Counted from the first letter of the stretch, positions 1 through 11,342 are shown. The stretch is 64,000 nucleotides of DNA from an uncultured Spirochaetota bacterium (GCA_963745235.1 CAVUXE010000044.1:98187-162186), one strand, 5' to 3'. Notes: a model not told the origin generated them from the sequence alone. A program made the numbers and translations.

Positions 1-668
1 CACGCCACGGGCCGTCGCGTCACCCCCATTCTCTCAATGTCCGACATCGAAGGGACGACGGACAAACACAGGTTGGCCTCACGGGCGGAAAAGACTTCCA
101 TGGTCTCCCGGTGAACCCGCTTGCGCTTTTCCACCATTGAAAAGAACGGGACCAGGCGGAAACGGTCCAGGCCCTTGCGGCTGAAGAAGACCGAGATCTC
201 CTCGAAGGATCGGATGGAAAGGGGCGTGGGAATGAGGGGCACCAGGATCACGTCCGCCGCGCGAAAGACGTTTTCCGCAAGCAGCGAGGCGCCCGGGGGG
301 CAATCCAGGAAGACCCACCGGTAGGTTTTCGAGAGGGGGCGAAGCATGCGTCCCACCGCGCCGCGGGCTTTGCGCTCATCCGCGAGCTGCAGGTCGAGCT
401 TCCGGTAGGAGAATCGGGATGGCAGCACGTCCAGCCCGGGGAACGAGGTTTCCTGGGCGACAGCGGACACCTTGATCTTTCCCCTGACCAGCGAACGGCT
501 CTTGCCGGTGCCGGCCGTGCGGCCCAGGAAGAAGCCGGCGGCCCCCTGCGGGTCCAGGTCCCACAGGAGCGTGCGGTCGCCGTCAGCGGCGGCAAGGCAC
601 GCCAGGTTCACGGCCGTGGTCGTCTTGCCGACACCTCCCTTGAGGTGGTACAGCGCAACGGTTGTCAT
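1..668 (-). CDS. ParA/MinD-family ATPase (runs off window edge)
   Basis: Manual translation from ATG 668: MTTVALYHLKGGVGKTTTAVNLA (deviant Walker A), DLDPQG, VFLDCPP; open to window start; ATGA overlap with CHAD gene stop. Confidence 0.9.
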   Translation of the reverse strand, partial: MTTVALYHLKGGVGKTTTAVNLACLAAADGDRTLLWDLDPQGAAGFFLGRTAGTGKSRSLVRGKIKVSAVAQETSFPGLDVLPSRFSYRKLDLQLADERKARGAVGRMLRPLSKTYRWVFLDCPPGASLLAENVFRAADVILVPLIPTPLSIRSFEEISVFFSRKGLDRFRLVPFFSMVEKRKRVHRETMEVFSAREANLCLSVVPSMSDIERMGVTRRPVA

Positions 669-2864
669 GACCGATCCCCGGAGAGGCGGGCCACCCAAAG
701 ATCGACGAGCGCGCGGGCAGATTCCCAGATGGTCACAAGCCTTTCCCGCTGCGCTCTCATGACATCGCGCTGAATCTGTATCAACGCTCCCAGCGCAAGG
801 AGCCCGTCTGCCGGCTCGCACAGCGCGCGTTCCTGCGCCAGTCCGCTGAAGACCTCAACCGCCACGCGCGCGTCCTGGTGCAGCCCAAGACAGTCCTGGT
901 AGGCAACGCACTCCTTGACCAGAGATGCGATGTCTTCATCCAGGATCAGCCGGAAGAACTCCGCCGTGTAGCGAAGGCGCTTGAAGAGAATGCGAAGGCG
1001 ATGCAGCTCATCGGGAGACATCCCGTGGGGATCCAATCGAGTCCAGGGACCTATTTTCGCCAGCGCCTTCCTGATACGGATGCGGCCGAACTCATCCGCG
1101 GGCATCGGCGCCGGCGTTCCATTCCCCGGGGACGCCGGCACCGCCTTTGCCATGAGCTCAAGCAGCGCGGTGTAGCGAGGCGAGCTCAGAGCCGGGACCA
1201 GCTGGTCCCTCGCGCGGCTGCGTCGAGCGTCAAGCACACCGCTGATTGCCTGGCGAAAAGGCTGACTCGCGTCCGTCATGGCAAGCTGTCCTTCGAGCCG
1301 TCCACGCAGAACGTCGAGATCCCGCACCGCGCCGAGCGCGCCGGCAATCCAGGAAAGCTCGGTCCTGATGTCATCTCGATTCTTTGCCCCCAGCGCGTCG
1401 ACGAACAGCCTGCCCGCAAAGCGGGCCCGGCGCGTGGCGACCCTGAGGTCGTGGACGAACTCGGGATCCAGGTCTCGCAGGGCCCCGGGGGTGTTGGCTT
1501 TCATCCGCCACGCCTCGCCGCTCAGGATCTTGCCGCACACCACGGCCACATCGTCGCCCTGGGCGGGGAGGAACTGCTGCGGCAGGGGCGCGCCGGGGAG
1601 AGGGACGCCCAGCCGGGATAACCCGAGGACCAGAAACGGCCCGTCAAGCTCCCCGAGCTTGAACGCTTTCTTGAGCAGCCCGACAAGGTAGTCGAGCTCG
1701 AGTGTTGAGGCCTGCAACCGGTCGAAGCCGAGGGTGACGACGGTCTGCGTCGGGACCTCATGCAGGAGCGAACGCACCTGCCAGGTGCCGATGGTCAATC
1801 CGAGGCTTGTCGCGGAGATGCTTGCGAGGGAGAGAACATTCTCTTTCAGCAGCGCTTCCATGTAGGGGACGCAGGGGGAAGAACGGGTGATCGCCTGAAC
1901 GGAACGGGCAATGGGGCCGCCGTCCGGGGGAGCATCCCGGCCGCCTTTCTGCGCGTGCACCGCCCTTCCCTCGCGCAGGAGGCGCCACCGTGAATCCTCC
2001 GCAGTGAAGAAGAGCTCGAAGCCCTGCCGGTACAGGCTGCCACCCTGCGTGTCGAAATGCGATCTGGTCTCTTCCCGGTTCGGACCGGGTCCGAAGGCGA
2101 TACCCAAGGCGCTCGAGCTCGGCGTGCACGCCCTCTTCCGTCGTTGCAGCCGAGTCCTCCAGATAGAGTACCCTGATGGCTCCCCGGGCCGCGGAGCGCA
2201 GCGGCGCGGCGGTGCGAGCCGGCCGTCGGGGCCGGGGACGGGCTCTGCCGTCATCAAGCAGCAGGAGCCCCTCCTCGAACTTCGAGCGGGGAGAAGGAAC
2301 CAGGGACAGGTCCCTTCGGAGGGAAGCGAGGATGGAGAGAAGCTCCTCCCGTGTCCCGCCGGGCCGCAGCTCGAGCTCCAGCTCCAGGTATTCGCTCTCC
2401 CGCACCCCGGCAATCACCCGCACCTGGTCCAGGCTCATTTCCGCGGCAACCCGCGACCCCTGCGCCAGCACTCGCACGAACCGCTCCTGGCGCACCTCGA
2501 ACAAGGGAGCCAGGGGATCCTCCCCAATTATCCCGACGACCATCCTTTGCAGCTCGCTGTCAGGCCATTGCGGGGGTGGGGAGGCGTGATCCAGCTCAAT
2601 CTCCAGCTCTTCCCGTTCATGAATGACCCCCGAGGGAGGTGTCAGGGACTTGGCGGTGACCTGGAGCTGCCCCGCCCGCTCGCGGAAGCGCAGCGCCCAT
2701 CCCGCCGCCAGGAGCGAGCGGCCGGGGGTGTCCTGGTAGGTGTCCCTGACGGGAACGGTCTCCCCATCGGAGAGCGTGAAGCCCGACACCTCCCGCAGGG
2801 TCTTCACCCGGTTGAATGAAACGAGATCGGAAACAGTGAACTTCGCCTCTGTCTCCCGGCTCAT
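665..2864 (-). CDS. CYTH + CHAD domain polyphosphate-binding protein (one frameshift near 2075)
   Basis: ORF 1758-2864 has CYTH motifs (ETEAKF, DTYQDT, LELELE, SKFEEG); ORF 665-2413 has CHAD motifs (VHDLRVATRR, LHRLRILFKRLRY, QDCLGLHQD). Confidence 0.85.
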
Positions 2865-3342
2865 GGCGCGAGCACGCGGGGGGAAGGAGCCACAGGAGAG
2901 AGCCGCGAGGCTTCAGAGGATCCGTGATGTCCACTCGGGCCAGGCCGCCTTTCTTGCACTCCACCCGGCCTCCCCCGATGCAGGCGGCAATTGTTTCGCT
3001 GAAATCCGGCTCGTGGCCAACGAGGAGGAGCGCTCCAACCTCCGCGTGGTCGGCAAGGATCTCCCGCAGCGCGGGGAGATCGAACCCCGGCGAAAGCCGC
3101 TTGTCGGTGAGAAGGGAATCCTGGAGGCCGAGGGACTCGGCCACTATTTGAGCGGTCTTCAGGGCGCGCAGCAGGGGGCTGGAAAGGATCAGGGCAATGC
3201 CCAGGGAAAGCTCCGCCATGGTCCTGGCCTCGCGCAGCATTCGGGCAGCCCCCTCTTCGCTCAGCACCCTCGCGTTGTCGTCACCCTTCCATTCCTCTTT
3301 GCCCAGCGCGTCGCCGTGGCGAAGAAAATACAGATCCATCAC
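2861..3342 (-). CDS. sixA: Phosphohistidine phosphatase SixA (3' frameshift in C-run)
   Basis: LYFLRHG, SSPLLRA.KTA, LLVGHEP, KKGG motifs; restoring one base gives WLLPPRVLAP* overlapping the next ATG. Confidence 0.85.
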
Positions 3343-5432
3343 GCACCCCCTTGGATCCCGCGCCTCCTGATGAACTCGGCCTGCGAGTCGACCTGCTCTT
3401 CGCCGTCGCGGCGCTCCGGCCGCGTGTAGGTTCCATCGCTTGCCATCACCCTCGCCTTGGTGTTGTCTGCAAGGTAGGTGGCCAGCACGTCGTCACGGAG
3501 GTGGCGGATGAGCCGGGGATTGCTGACCGGGAAGAGGATCTCGACGCGCCGGTCGAGGTTCCGCATCATCAGGTCGGCGCTTCCCAGGTAGACTTCCTCC
3601 TGGCCGCCGTTTCGAAACCAGAACACGCGGCTGTGCTCCAGGAATCTCCCGACGATGCTCGTAACGTGGATGGTGTCACTGACTCCGGGGATGCCCGGGC
3701 GCAGGCAGCACATGCCGCGGACAATCAGGTCGATGCGCACGCCGGCCCGGGAGGCTTCGTACAGGAGCTGGATCATCGGCTTGTCCACGAGCGCGTTGAT
3801 CTTGAAGATCATGTGCCCGGTGCCGCCGCCCGCCTGGTGCTGCATCTCTCGACGGATGAGCCCCTCCAGCCCGGAGCGCAGGTTGATGGGGGCAACAAGG
3901 AACCTGCGATATTCTCTTTTGTCGGAGTACCCGGTCAGGTAATTGAAAACGTCCGACGCATCCGCCCCAATGGCGTCGTCGCAGGTAAAGAGGCCGAGGT
4001 CGGTGTACTGCTGCGCGGTGACGGAATTGTAGTTGCCGGTCGAGAGGTGGACATAGCGGCGTATCCTCTCTCCTTCCTGGCGCACCACCAGCGCGATCTT
4101 GGAATGCGTCTTCAAGCCCAGGAGGCCGTACACCACGTGGACGCCTTCGCGCTCCAGGGCGCGAGCCCACTCGATATTGCTCTCTTCATCGAATCGCGCC
4201 TTCAGCTCGACAAGGACAGCCACCTGCTTGCCGTTGCGCGCGGCCTCCAGAAGCGTTTCAACCACGGGGGAATTGCGTCCAACCCGGTACAGGGTCTGCT
4301 TGATGGCAAGGACGGCCGGATCCCGCGCGGCGGCATCGAGGAAGTTCACCACCGGCGTGAATGAATCGTAGGGGTGGTGGAGAAGGATGTCTTCCCGCCG
4401 GATTGCGGCAAAGATGCTCATGTCGGGGTCCTGGAGGGGAGGCGGCGTGGCCGGAAGAAACGGCGGGTACTTCAGGTCGGGCCGCTCCAGGTCGTGCAGC
4501 TGCGCTATGTCGCTCATTCCCAGGGGAGGCTCCAGTGTGTAGATGTCCCTGGTATCCACCTCCAGGTTCTCCACGAGTATGTCGCGGATGGACTCCGGCA
4601 TGTTGGGGTCAACGGTGACGCGCACCACCCGTCCGAAGCGGCGCTGCCGCACCCCGCGTTCAATCGTCTCAAGCAGGTCCTCCGCCTCCAGCTCCTGGAT
4701 GGAGACCTCGGCATCCCGCGTCACGCGAAAGGGGTATGACTGCACCACCTTCATTCCGGGGAAAAGGGAGCCCAGGTTCGCGGAGACCACCTGGTCCAGC
4801 CAGACGAAGTTGATCACCTGCTGCTTCCCGTCGGACTGCGGATGGACCTGCAGGAGCCGCGGCAGCGTGCCGGGAAGCTTCACCCGGGCAAAACGCTCCT
4901 GTCCCGCCGAATCCCGGATCACGAGGGCGAGGTTCAGGCTCATGTTGGAGATGTGGGGAAACGGCCTCCCCGGATCCACCGCAAGGGGAGTGAGCACGGG
5001 AAAGACCACCTCCTGGAAGTAATGGTCCACGTACGCCCTTTCGGCATCAGACAATGCCTCGTAGGCGAGGATGCGGACGCCGGCGCCCTCCAGCAGCGGG
5101 AGCAGCTTCCGCAGGCATGAGCGCGCCTGGAGCATCAGCTCCTGGGCGGCGGAGCGCACGGCCTGGAGCTGTCCGGAGGGCAGAAGGCCTGTCGCGGACT
5201 GCTCGCTGACCCCGGCCTCCACCTGCTGCTTCAGGCCCGAGACGCGGACCATGAAGAACTCCGCGAGGTTCGAGCTGACGATGGAGAGAAAGCGGACACG
5301 CTCCAGGAGCGGGTTGGCCGGATTCTCCGCTTCCTCCAGGACCCGGCGGAAGAAGTCCAGGAGGCTGAGCTCCCGGTCGATGAACAGGGCGGGATCGCCA
5401 AGATCAGCCGCGGCGAGCATTGCCTCAGGCAT
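3339..5432 (-). CDS. ppk1: Polyphosphate kinase 1
   Basis: RELSLLDF..RVL, EFFMVRV, HHPYDSF, ELKARFDE, GRFLEHSR, RNLDRRVE motifs; 697 aa. Confidence 0.97.
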   Translation of the reverse strand: MPEAMLAAADLGDPALFIDRELSLLDFFRRVLEEAENPANPLLERVRFLSIVSSNLAEFFMVRVSGLKQQVEAGVSEQSATGLLPSGQLQAVRSAAQELMLQARSCLRKLLPLLEGAGVRILAYEALSDAERAYVDHYFQEVVFPVLTPLAVDPGRPFPHISNMSLNLALVIRDSAGQERFARVKLPGTLPRLLQVHPQSDGKQQVINFVWLDQVVSANLGSLFPGMKVVQSYPFRVTRDAEVSIQELEAEDLLETIERGVRQRRFGRVVRVTVDPNMPESIRDILVENLEVDTRDIYTLEPPLGMSDIAQLHDLERPDLKYPPFLPATPPPLQDPDMSIFAAIRREDILLHHPYDSFTPVVNFLDAAARDPAVLAIKQTLYRVGRNSPVVETLLEAARNGKQVAVLVELKARFDEESNIEWARALEREGVHVVYGLLGLKTHSKIALVVRQEGERIRRYVHLSTGNYNSVTAQQYTDLGLFTCDDAIGADASDVFNYLTGYSDKREYRRFLVAPINLRSGLEGLIRREMQHQAGGGTGHMIFKINALVDKPMIQLLYEASRAGVRIDLIVRGMCCLRPGIPGVSDTIHVTSIVGRFLEHSRVFWFRNGGQEEVYLGSADLMMRNLDRRVEILFPVSNPRLIRHLRDDVLATYLADNTKARVMASDGTYTRPERRDGEEQVDSQAEFIRRRGIQGGA

Positions 5433-6951
5433 TCGGCTCCCCCTCGCGGGACACCAGGGTCACCTGCGCGCCAAAGATCCGGCGGAATATATCGCCCTTT
5501 TTTTCCAGGGCCCAGCGCTCAAGCACCAGGTCTCCGTTACGGCCGGCCACGATCTCGATCCGCCCTTCCCGGTGCCTGACCTCGACTCTCTGGATCTTCT
5601 CCCGGTGCTCCTTGTCCAGTGCATCGGCGATCCGCAGGATGGCCGCAAGACGCCTGACCCGCTCCCGGTCAGCGCTGGAAAGGAGGGCAAACTCCGGATG
5701 GCCGAGGCTGGGGGCGCTCTTTCTGTGGTAGCGCGCGATGTTCGCTACGAGAAACATCTCCCTCGGGCTGAAACCGCTCAGCTCCGAACGGGAAATGAGG
5801 TACAGGGAATGCTTGTGATGTCCCTTGAGGCTGACGAAGTCCCCGATATCGTGCAGGACCGCGGCGGCAAGGAGGAGGCGCCTGTCCCGGCCGCTGAGAC
5901 CGTGAAGGGAAGCGAGCTGATCGAAGAGCTGGCCGGCAAGGCGAGCCACGTGCACGGAGTGGGCCTCGTCAAAGGAGTATTTCCTGCCCAGGGCGGCAGC
6001 TTCCTCGATGGTGCTGTCCTCGCTGGCCGGTCTGCGGGCGGCAAGCTTGTCCGCAAGGTCGAACACGATCCCTTCACGGATCCCGCCACCGGGCACGAGG
6101 ACCTCCGCCGCCCCGAACTGCTCAGCCAGGTAGCCGTAGACCACGGCGGCGGGAACAATCACGTCCGCCCGGTCCGGTCTCAGGTCGAAGGTGCGCATCC
6201 GCTCTTCCACCTTCATGCGGGACAGTTTCTGCGCCGTGGCGCGCAGCGCGGCAACGGAGATTCGGGGGGTATCAGATCCTTCCGCGGAGCGTGAGGCCAG
6301 CCGGGCAAGGACCTCGATATTCCCTCCCGTCGCGATGAACCCGCGCGGAGAGGCGACGCGGGCTTTCTGCGACAGGCGGATGGTTGCGACATACTCGGAG
6401 AGAAGCTCCAGGAAGTCCGGAGTCTCCTTTCCATCCGGGGCAAACAGCTCCAGGAGCCGAACCGCTCCCATGGCGTGGGCCTCGCACCAGAGGATCCTGG
6501 CGGAGGTGGCAAGGGCAACCTCGACGCTGCCCCCGCCGAGCTCCACCATGATCCACTGGTCCGCGCCCAGCAGGATCCGCCTGGTCACCGCAAGGTGGAC
6601 AAGGCGGATCTCCTCCGACCCCGAGATGATCTCCAGGGAGATTCCCGTGCGCCGTTTCACCGCGCGCGCGAACTCCCTGCGGTTGGGGCTCTCCCGGATC
6701 GCACTGGTGGCCACCGCCCGATACTTCTGGATCCCCAGGTCCTTCATCTGGGTCGAAACGCCCTCCAGCCCATCCAGGGCCGCTGCTGAGTCTTCGGGGC
6801 TGATACGACCGGCGGAAAAGACTCCGTGGCCGAAGCGAACGGGGAACCGTGCTTCGGCCAGAACGCGGGAGACCGTGTCCCCCTCCATTTCGACGGCATA
6901 AAAACGGATCGCGTTGGTGCCCAGGTCAATGGAAGCGACCCGTCGGGGCAT
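5425..6951 (-). CDS. ppx: Exopolyphosphatase Ppx/GppA with C-terminal HD domain
   Basis: IDLGTN, ATSAIRE, ELGGGSVE, LHDIG, HHKHS, ARYHRK. Confidence 0.95.
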   Translation of the reverse strand: MPRRVASIDLGTNAIRFYAVEMEGDTVSRVLAEARFPVRFGHGVFSAGRISPEDSAAALDGLEGVSTQMKDLGIQKYRAVATSAIRESPNRREFARAVKRRTGISLEIISGSEEIRLVHLAVTRRILLGADQWIMVELGGGSVEVALATSARILWCEAHAMGAVRLLELFAPDGKETPDFLELLSEYVATIRLSQKARVASPRGFIATGGNIEVLARLASRSAEGSDTPRISVAALRATAQKLSRMKVEERMRTFDLRPDRADVIVPAAVVYGYLAEQFGAAEVLVPGGGIREGIVFDLADKLAARRPASEDSTIEEAAALGRKYSFDEAHSVHVARLAGQLFDQLASLHGLSGRDRRLLLAAAVLHDIGDFVSLKGHHKHSLYLISRSELSGFSPREMFLVANIARYHRKSAPSLGHPEFALLSSADRERVRRLAAILRIADALDKEHREKIQRVEVRHREGRIEIVAGRNGDLVLERWALEKKGDIFRRIFGAQVTLVSREGEPNA

Positions 6952-6955
6952 GGGG

Positions 6956-7615
6956 CTATTGCTCCTCTGCCATGTGGTGCTTGATCACCCTGCCCTCCGT
7001 CATATAGATCACATCCTCACCGATATTTGTAGACAGGTCAGCAATCCTTTCCAGGTTCCCCGCAATCTTCAAAATACAGAGGCTCCGCTCGATTGTGAAG
7101 GGGTCCCTGGTCATGGACGCGCTCACACGCTCCAGGATGTCGGTGGCAAGCTGGTCCACGCTCTCGTCTGCCTCACAGACCTCTTTTCCCAGCTGTGCGT
7201 TCGCCTCCATGAAGCTCCGCACCGCGTTGTCCACCATCGTGAGAGTCTCCCCGAAGAGCTTCAGGAGGTCTTCGTCGGGATGGCTGGTGGAAAGCCCGAT
7301 GCACTCGAGGGCTGCCTCCGCAATGTTGACGGCGTGGTCGGCCATGCGCTCCAGGTCGTTCGTCATGCTCCTCACCATGAGAATGGTCCGCAGCTCCTTC
7401 GCCATGGGCTGGTGCTGCGCAATGAGCGAGGTGCACTCTTCCTCCAGCTCGACCTCGAACTCGTTGGCGCGCGGTTCTGACTTCTGCACCACCTCGTTCA
7501 GCGCCTCCGGTATCCGCTTGAGAAGGGATGCCCGGCATTGCTCGATCATGTCTTCCACGAGCCGGGCATAGGCCACCACGCGGGCCTTCAGGTCTTCGAT
7601 CTGCGGTATGGGCAT
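6956..7615 (-). CDS. phoU: Phosphate signalling protein PhoU
   Basis: DLERMADHAVNIAE and NLERIADLSTNIGE repeats; downstream of pstB. Confidence 0.95.
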   Translation of the reverse strand: MPIPQIEDLKARVVAYARLVEDMIEQCRASLLKRIPEALNEVVQKSEPRANEFEVELEEECTSLIAQHQPMAKELRTILMVRSMTNDLERMADHAVNIAEAALECIGLSTSHPDEDLLKLFGETLTMVDNAVRSFMEANAQLGKEVCEADESVDQLATDILERVSASMTRDPFTIERSLCILKIAGNLERIADLSTNIGEDVIYMTEGRVIKHHMAEEQ

Positions 7616-7623
7616 GGCAACTC

Positions 7624-8404
7624 CTACCCGAATTTCCCCGAGAGGTATTCCTCGGTCCTCTTGTCCTTGGGGACGGTGAACAGCTTGTTCGTCGGCCCGA
7701 ACTCCACCAGCTCTCCCAGGTGAATGAACGCCGTGTAATCCGAGATTCGCGCCGCCTGCGGGATGTTGTGGGTGACCTGGACAATCGTGACGGACCCCTT
7801 GAGAGTCACGATCAGCTCTTCGATGGCCGCCGTTGCCTTGGGGTCCAGCGCGGAGGTAGGCTCATCCAGGAGAAGGATCTCAGGCTTCATTGCCGAGGGC
7901 TCGCGCAATGCACAGCCTCTGCTGCTGGCCGCCGGAGAGGAAGGTGCCGCGTCTGTGAATTGCGTCCTTCACCTCGTCCCAGAGCGTCACGCGCAGCAGG
8001 GTCTCCTCGACGATCTGGTCGCGCTCCGCCCTGTCCATGCGAGTCCCGTTGAGTGCGTACCCGGCAAGAACGTTGTTGTAGATGCTCATCGTTGGAAACG
8101 GGTTCGGTCGCTGAAAGACCATGCCAATCCGTCGTCGCACGAGTATGGGGTTGAGGTGGTAGATATCCTCCCCGTCAAGGAGCACCTCCCCGTGAACGAA
8201 GGCGTTGGGAGCCAGCTCGTGCATCCGGTTGATGCACCGCATGAACGTGGTCTTTCCGCAGCCCGAGGGTCCCATGATTGCCGTAACGCGCTGCTCGGGA
8301 ACGGCAAGAGAGATGGCTTTCACGACGTCCTTGCCATCGAATCCGGCCGTGAGAGCCTGGGTTTCCAGGATGATCTTTTCCGTTGTCAGAACTGAATCTT
8401 CCAT
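7624..8404 (-). CDS. pstB: Phosphate ABC transporter ATPase (frameshift near 7890)
   Basis: [30 protein letters not shown] then in other frame [12 protein letters not shown]...[10 protein letters not shown]. Confidence 0.93.
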
Positions 8405-9306
8405 CTTGCTGTCACCAACCGTGTCACGATATTCAGGGCAAGCACGAGGACAAGGAGAACGAAGGACGCCCCCCAGGCCAGCGACTGCCACTGGGGGTAC
8501 GGGCTTATCGCGTAGTAGAAAATCGTCTGGGGGAGCGAGGCCATGGGCTTGAAAATGCCGTACACCATGTACGGGCTCCCGAAGGCTGTAAAGAGAAGCG
8601 GGGCCGTCTCACCGGCGGCTCGTGACACGCCGAGGAGGACGCCGGTGAGGATGCCGCTCGTCCCCGCCGGGAGGATGACTTTGAGGACCGTTCGTGGGTA
8701 TGAGACACCGAGTGCGAGGGCTGCTTCCCGAAGGCTCATGGGGATCAGGAGCAGCGTCTCCTCCGTCGCGAGGGTGATCACGGGCAGCATGATCATTGCA
8801 AGGGCCACCCCACCGGAAAAAGCGGAGAAATGGCCCATCGGCCTGACCACCCAGACGTAGGCCACGATGCCGATCACTATGGAAGGGATGCCCATCAGGG
8901 TCTCCACGGAGATCCGTGAGATCTTTCCCACGCCGCTCTTCCCGCTTTCCGACAGGAAGATGCCGGCGATCACCCCGAGGGGGATCGAGACAACAGACGC
9001 GACGACGATCAGGATCATCGTGCCAACAATGGCGTTGGAGATTCCTCCCCCGGTTTCCCCCATCGGTTTCGGCAACTCGGTAAGGAACTGCCAGTTGATC
9101 GAGGAAGCGCCCCGAATGATGACAAAGGCGAGGATGAGAATCAGGGGAACCACCGCAACGAGGGACAGGGCAAGCACCCCGCCCTTGAAAGCCATGTCCC
9201 GGCGCAACCTGTTGCGGACTTCGGAGTCCGGCCCGCCAACCGTGCTGCTCTTCCCCCGCGGCTCGGGCGTCCTCCTGTTTTCGGAGATTCTTGCGAGGTT
9301 GTCCAT
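8386..9306 (-). CDS. pstA: Phosphate ABC permease PstA
   Basis: [30 protein letters not shown]. Confidence 0.95.
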   Translation of the reverse strand: MDNLARISENRRTPEPRGKSSTVGGPDSEVRNRLRRDMAFKGGVLALSLVAVVPLILILAFVIIRGASSINWQFLTELPKPMGETGGGISNAIVGTMILIVVASVVSIPLGVIAGIFLSESGKSGVGKISRISVETLMGIPSIVIGIVAYVWVVRPMGHFSAFSGGVALAMIMLPVITLATEETLLLIPMSLREAALALGVSYPRTVLKVILPAGTSGILTGVLLGVSRAAGETAPLLFTAFGSPYMVYGIFKPMASLPQTIFYYAISPYPQWQSLAWGASFVLLVLVLALNIVTRLVTARWKIQF

Positions 9307-9307
9307 G

Positions 9308-10195
9308 TCAGGCAGGTCCCGCCATCCGATTGATGACGATCTTCCCCAGGATATTGATGGTTGTGCTGATCACAAAAAGGAGGAGGCCGATCTCAATGAG
9401 GCTTGCGAGGTAGACATTGCCCGTAGCCTCCGTAAACTCGTTTGCGATGACGCTCGCCATTGTGTTGCCGGGCGAAAGAATATTGGCCGTAATGATATTC
9501 GAGTTTCCGATTACCATGGTGATGGCCATTGTCTCCCCAAGTGCCCGACCCAACGAGAGAAAAACTCCGCCGAGGATTCCTGACCGGGCGTACGGGATCG
9601 ATACCCTCCATATGGTCTCGGACGGTGTTGCTCCCAGGGAAAAGGCGGCTTCTTTCAGGTCCGTGGGAACGAGGTTGATCACCTCCCTGCCGATCGACGC
9701 GGAGTACGGGAGCACCATGAAAGCCAGGAGAATGGAGGCAGTGAGGATCCCGACCCCGAAAGGGGGCACCCCGAGAGCCAGCTGGATCACCCTGATGACC
9801 GGGACAAGGAAGAAGAGCCCGATGAAACCGTAGACGATGGAGGGGATTCCCGCCAGGAGCTCGACGGCGGTCCGCATCAAGGACGCAAAAACACCGGTGC
9901 GGAAATATTCCCCCATGAGAATGGAGAGAGCCAGGGAGAGAACCGTCGATATCACAAGAGCTATGAGTGACGTTACAAGAGTTCCGAAAACGAAGGGAAG
10001 GGCATGGAAGCTGCTTGTGACGGGATCCCACTCGGAGCCGGTCAGGAACTGAAACCCGTTATGGACAAGAGCCGGGCGGGAGGACAGAACGAGGGTCAGG
10101 AAAATCGCAATGAGCAGGACGCTCACCACGATCCCTCCGAGAAACAGGAGGGACCTGAATGCGGAGTCAGATGCCCGTGCGTTCTTCATCCTCAC
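9308..10195 (-). CDS. pstC: Phosphate ABC permease PstC
   Basis: ELLAGIPSIVYG, GRALGETMAITMVIGN, IANEF. Confidence 0.95.
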   Translation of the reverse strand: MRMKNARASDSAFRSLLFLGGIVVSVLLIAIFLTLVLSSRPALVHNGFQFLTGSEWDPVTSSFHALPFVFGTLVTSLIALVISTVLSLALSILMGEYFRTGVFASLMRTAVELLAGIPSIVYGFIGLFFLVPVIRVIQLALGVPPFGVGILTASILLAFMVLPYSASIGREVINLVPTDLKEAAFSLGATPSETIWRVSIPYARSGILGGVFLSLGRALGETMAITMVIGNSNIITANILSPGNTMASVIANEFTEATGNVYLASLIEIGLLLFVISTTINILGKIVINRMAGPA

Positions 10196-10224
10196 CGCCC
10201 ATGGCTCTCAGTCCTTGGGGATTC

Positions 10225-11274
10225 CTACATTCCACTCAGGAGCGGCTGGCCGTCCCAGGTGATCGATTTCAGGATTTCCTCCGCCTTCTTGACAACCGTC
10301 GCCGGCAGCACCGCGTAAGACAGCGGCTCGGCGTATTTCTGCCCGTCATGGGTCATCCACCAGATCATTTTCAGAAGCGCCTCGCATTTCGCCTTGTCAT
10401 GGTTGCCGTAATTCTGCTCTTTGTAAAGAAGCAGCCACGTGAAAGAAGCGATCGGATATCCTTCGGGCGCATCGCTGTTGGTGGTGCTGAGCTTGGTCAC
10501 GTCCTCAGGGACTTTTACGTTCGCCGCCGTGGTCGTGGTTGCCAATGTGGCCTTGATCCAGTTGCCGCTCTTGTTCTTGATCAGGGCGTACTGCATCTGG
10601 TTCTGCAGGGCATAAATCAGCTCAACATATCCTACCGCGCCGGGAAGCTGTCTCACGAGACCTGCCACGCCTTCGTTACCCTTGGCTCCCACGCCGGTGG
10701 GCCACTGCACTGAGGTGTACGAGCCGACCGTCGTCTTCCAGTTCTCGGAGATCTTCGAGAGGTAGTCGGTAAACACGCCGGTCGTTCCGCTGCCGTCAGA
10801 GCGGTGCACGACGGTGATATTCATGTTCGGAAGCTTCACGCCGGGATTCGTCTCGGCGATTCGCGGGTCGCTCCATTTCTTTATCTTTCCGAGGTAGATG
10901 TCAGCGACGACGTCGGGAAGCAGCTTCAGCTCGGGATTGCCGGGAAGATTTGACGAGATGACAACCGCGCCCGCGACCATTGGGATGTGCACGAGCTGCG
11001 CCGGGGCGCTCGCGAGATCCTTTGCCGTCATGATGACGTCAGATGCGCCAAAATCCACCGTCCTGTTCTTGATCTGGGTCTGCCCGCCGCCGGAGCCGAT
11101 GGACTGGTAGTTCACCTTGACCCCGAACTCCTTGGAGTACTGGTCGAACATTTTGGAGTAGAGCGGGGCGGGAAACGTGGCGCCCGCTCCGAGGAACTCG
11201 TATGACTGGGCGAAGCCGATCCCACCGAAGCAGACGGTCAGCGCCGCGGCCAAAAGAAGCCTTGATACCTTCAC
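10225..11274 (-). CDS. pstS: Phosphate-binding protein PstS
   Basis: Signal peptide; GAGATFPAPLY, GSGGG, DFGASD, HRSDGSGTT, GAKGNEGV. Confidence 0.97.
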   Translation of the reverse strand: MKVSRLLLAAALTVCFGGIGFAQSYEFLGAGATFPAPLYSKMFDQYSKEFGVKVNYQSIGSGGGQTQIKNRTVDFGASDVIMTAKDLASAPAQLVHIPMVAGAVVISSNLPGNPELKLLPDVVADIYLGKIKKWSDPRIAETNPGVKLPNMNITVVHRSDGSGTTGVFTDYLSKISENWKTTVGSYTSVQWPTGVGAKGNEGVAGLVRQLPGAVGYVELIYALQNQMQYALIKNKSGNWIKATLATTTTAANVKVPEDVTKLSTTNSDAPEGYPIASFTWLLLYKEQNYGNHDKAKCEALLKMIWWMTHDGQKYAEPLSYAVLPATVVKKAEEILKSITWDGQPLLSGM

Positions 11275-11342
11275 GGGGACTCCTCCTTCAAATGTAGCAA
11301 TACTTCGCCCCTTCTCGGGGCATGACCAATCTCACTGGCCGC

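Noticed and set aside
7624-8404. pstB, ddl and others as pseudogenes or programmed frameshifts
   Set aside because: Motifs are intact on both sides, no slippery-site structure is apparent, and the same pattern occurs across the window; assembly error is more likely.
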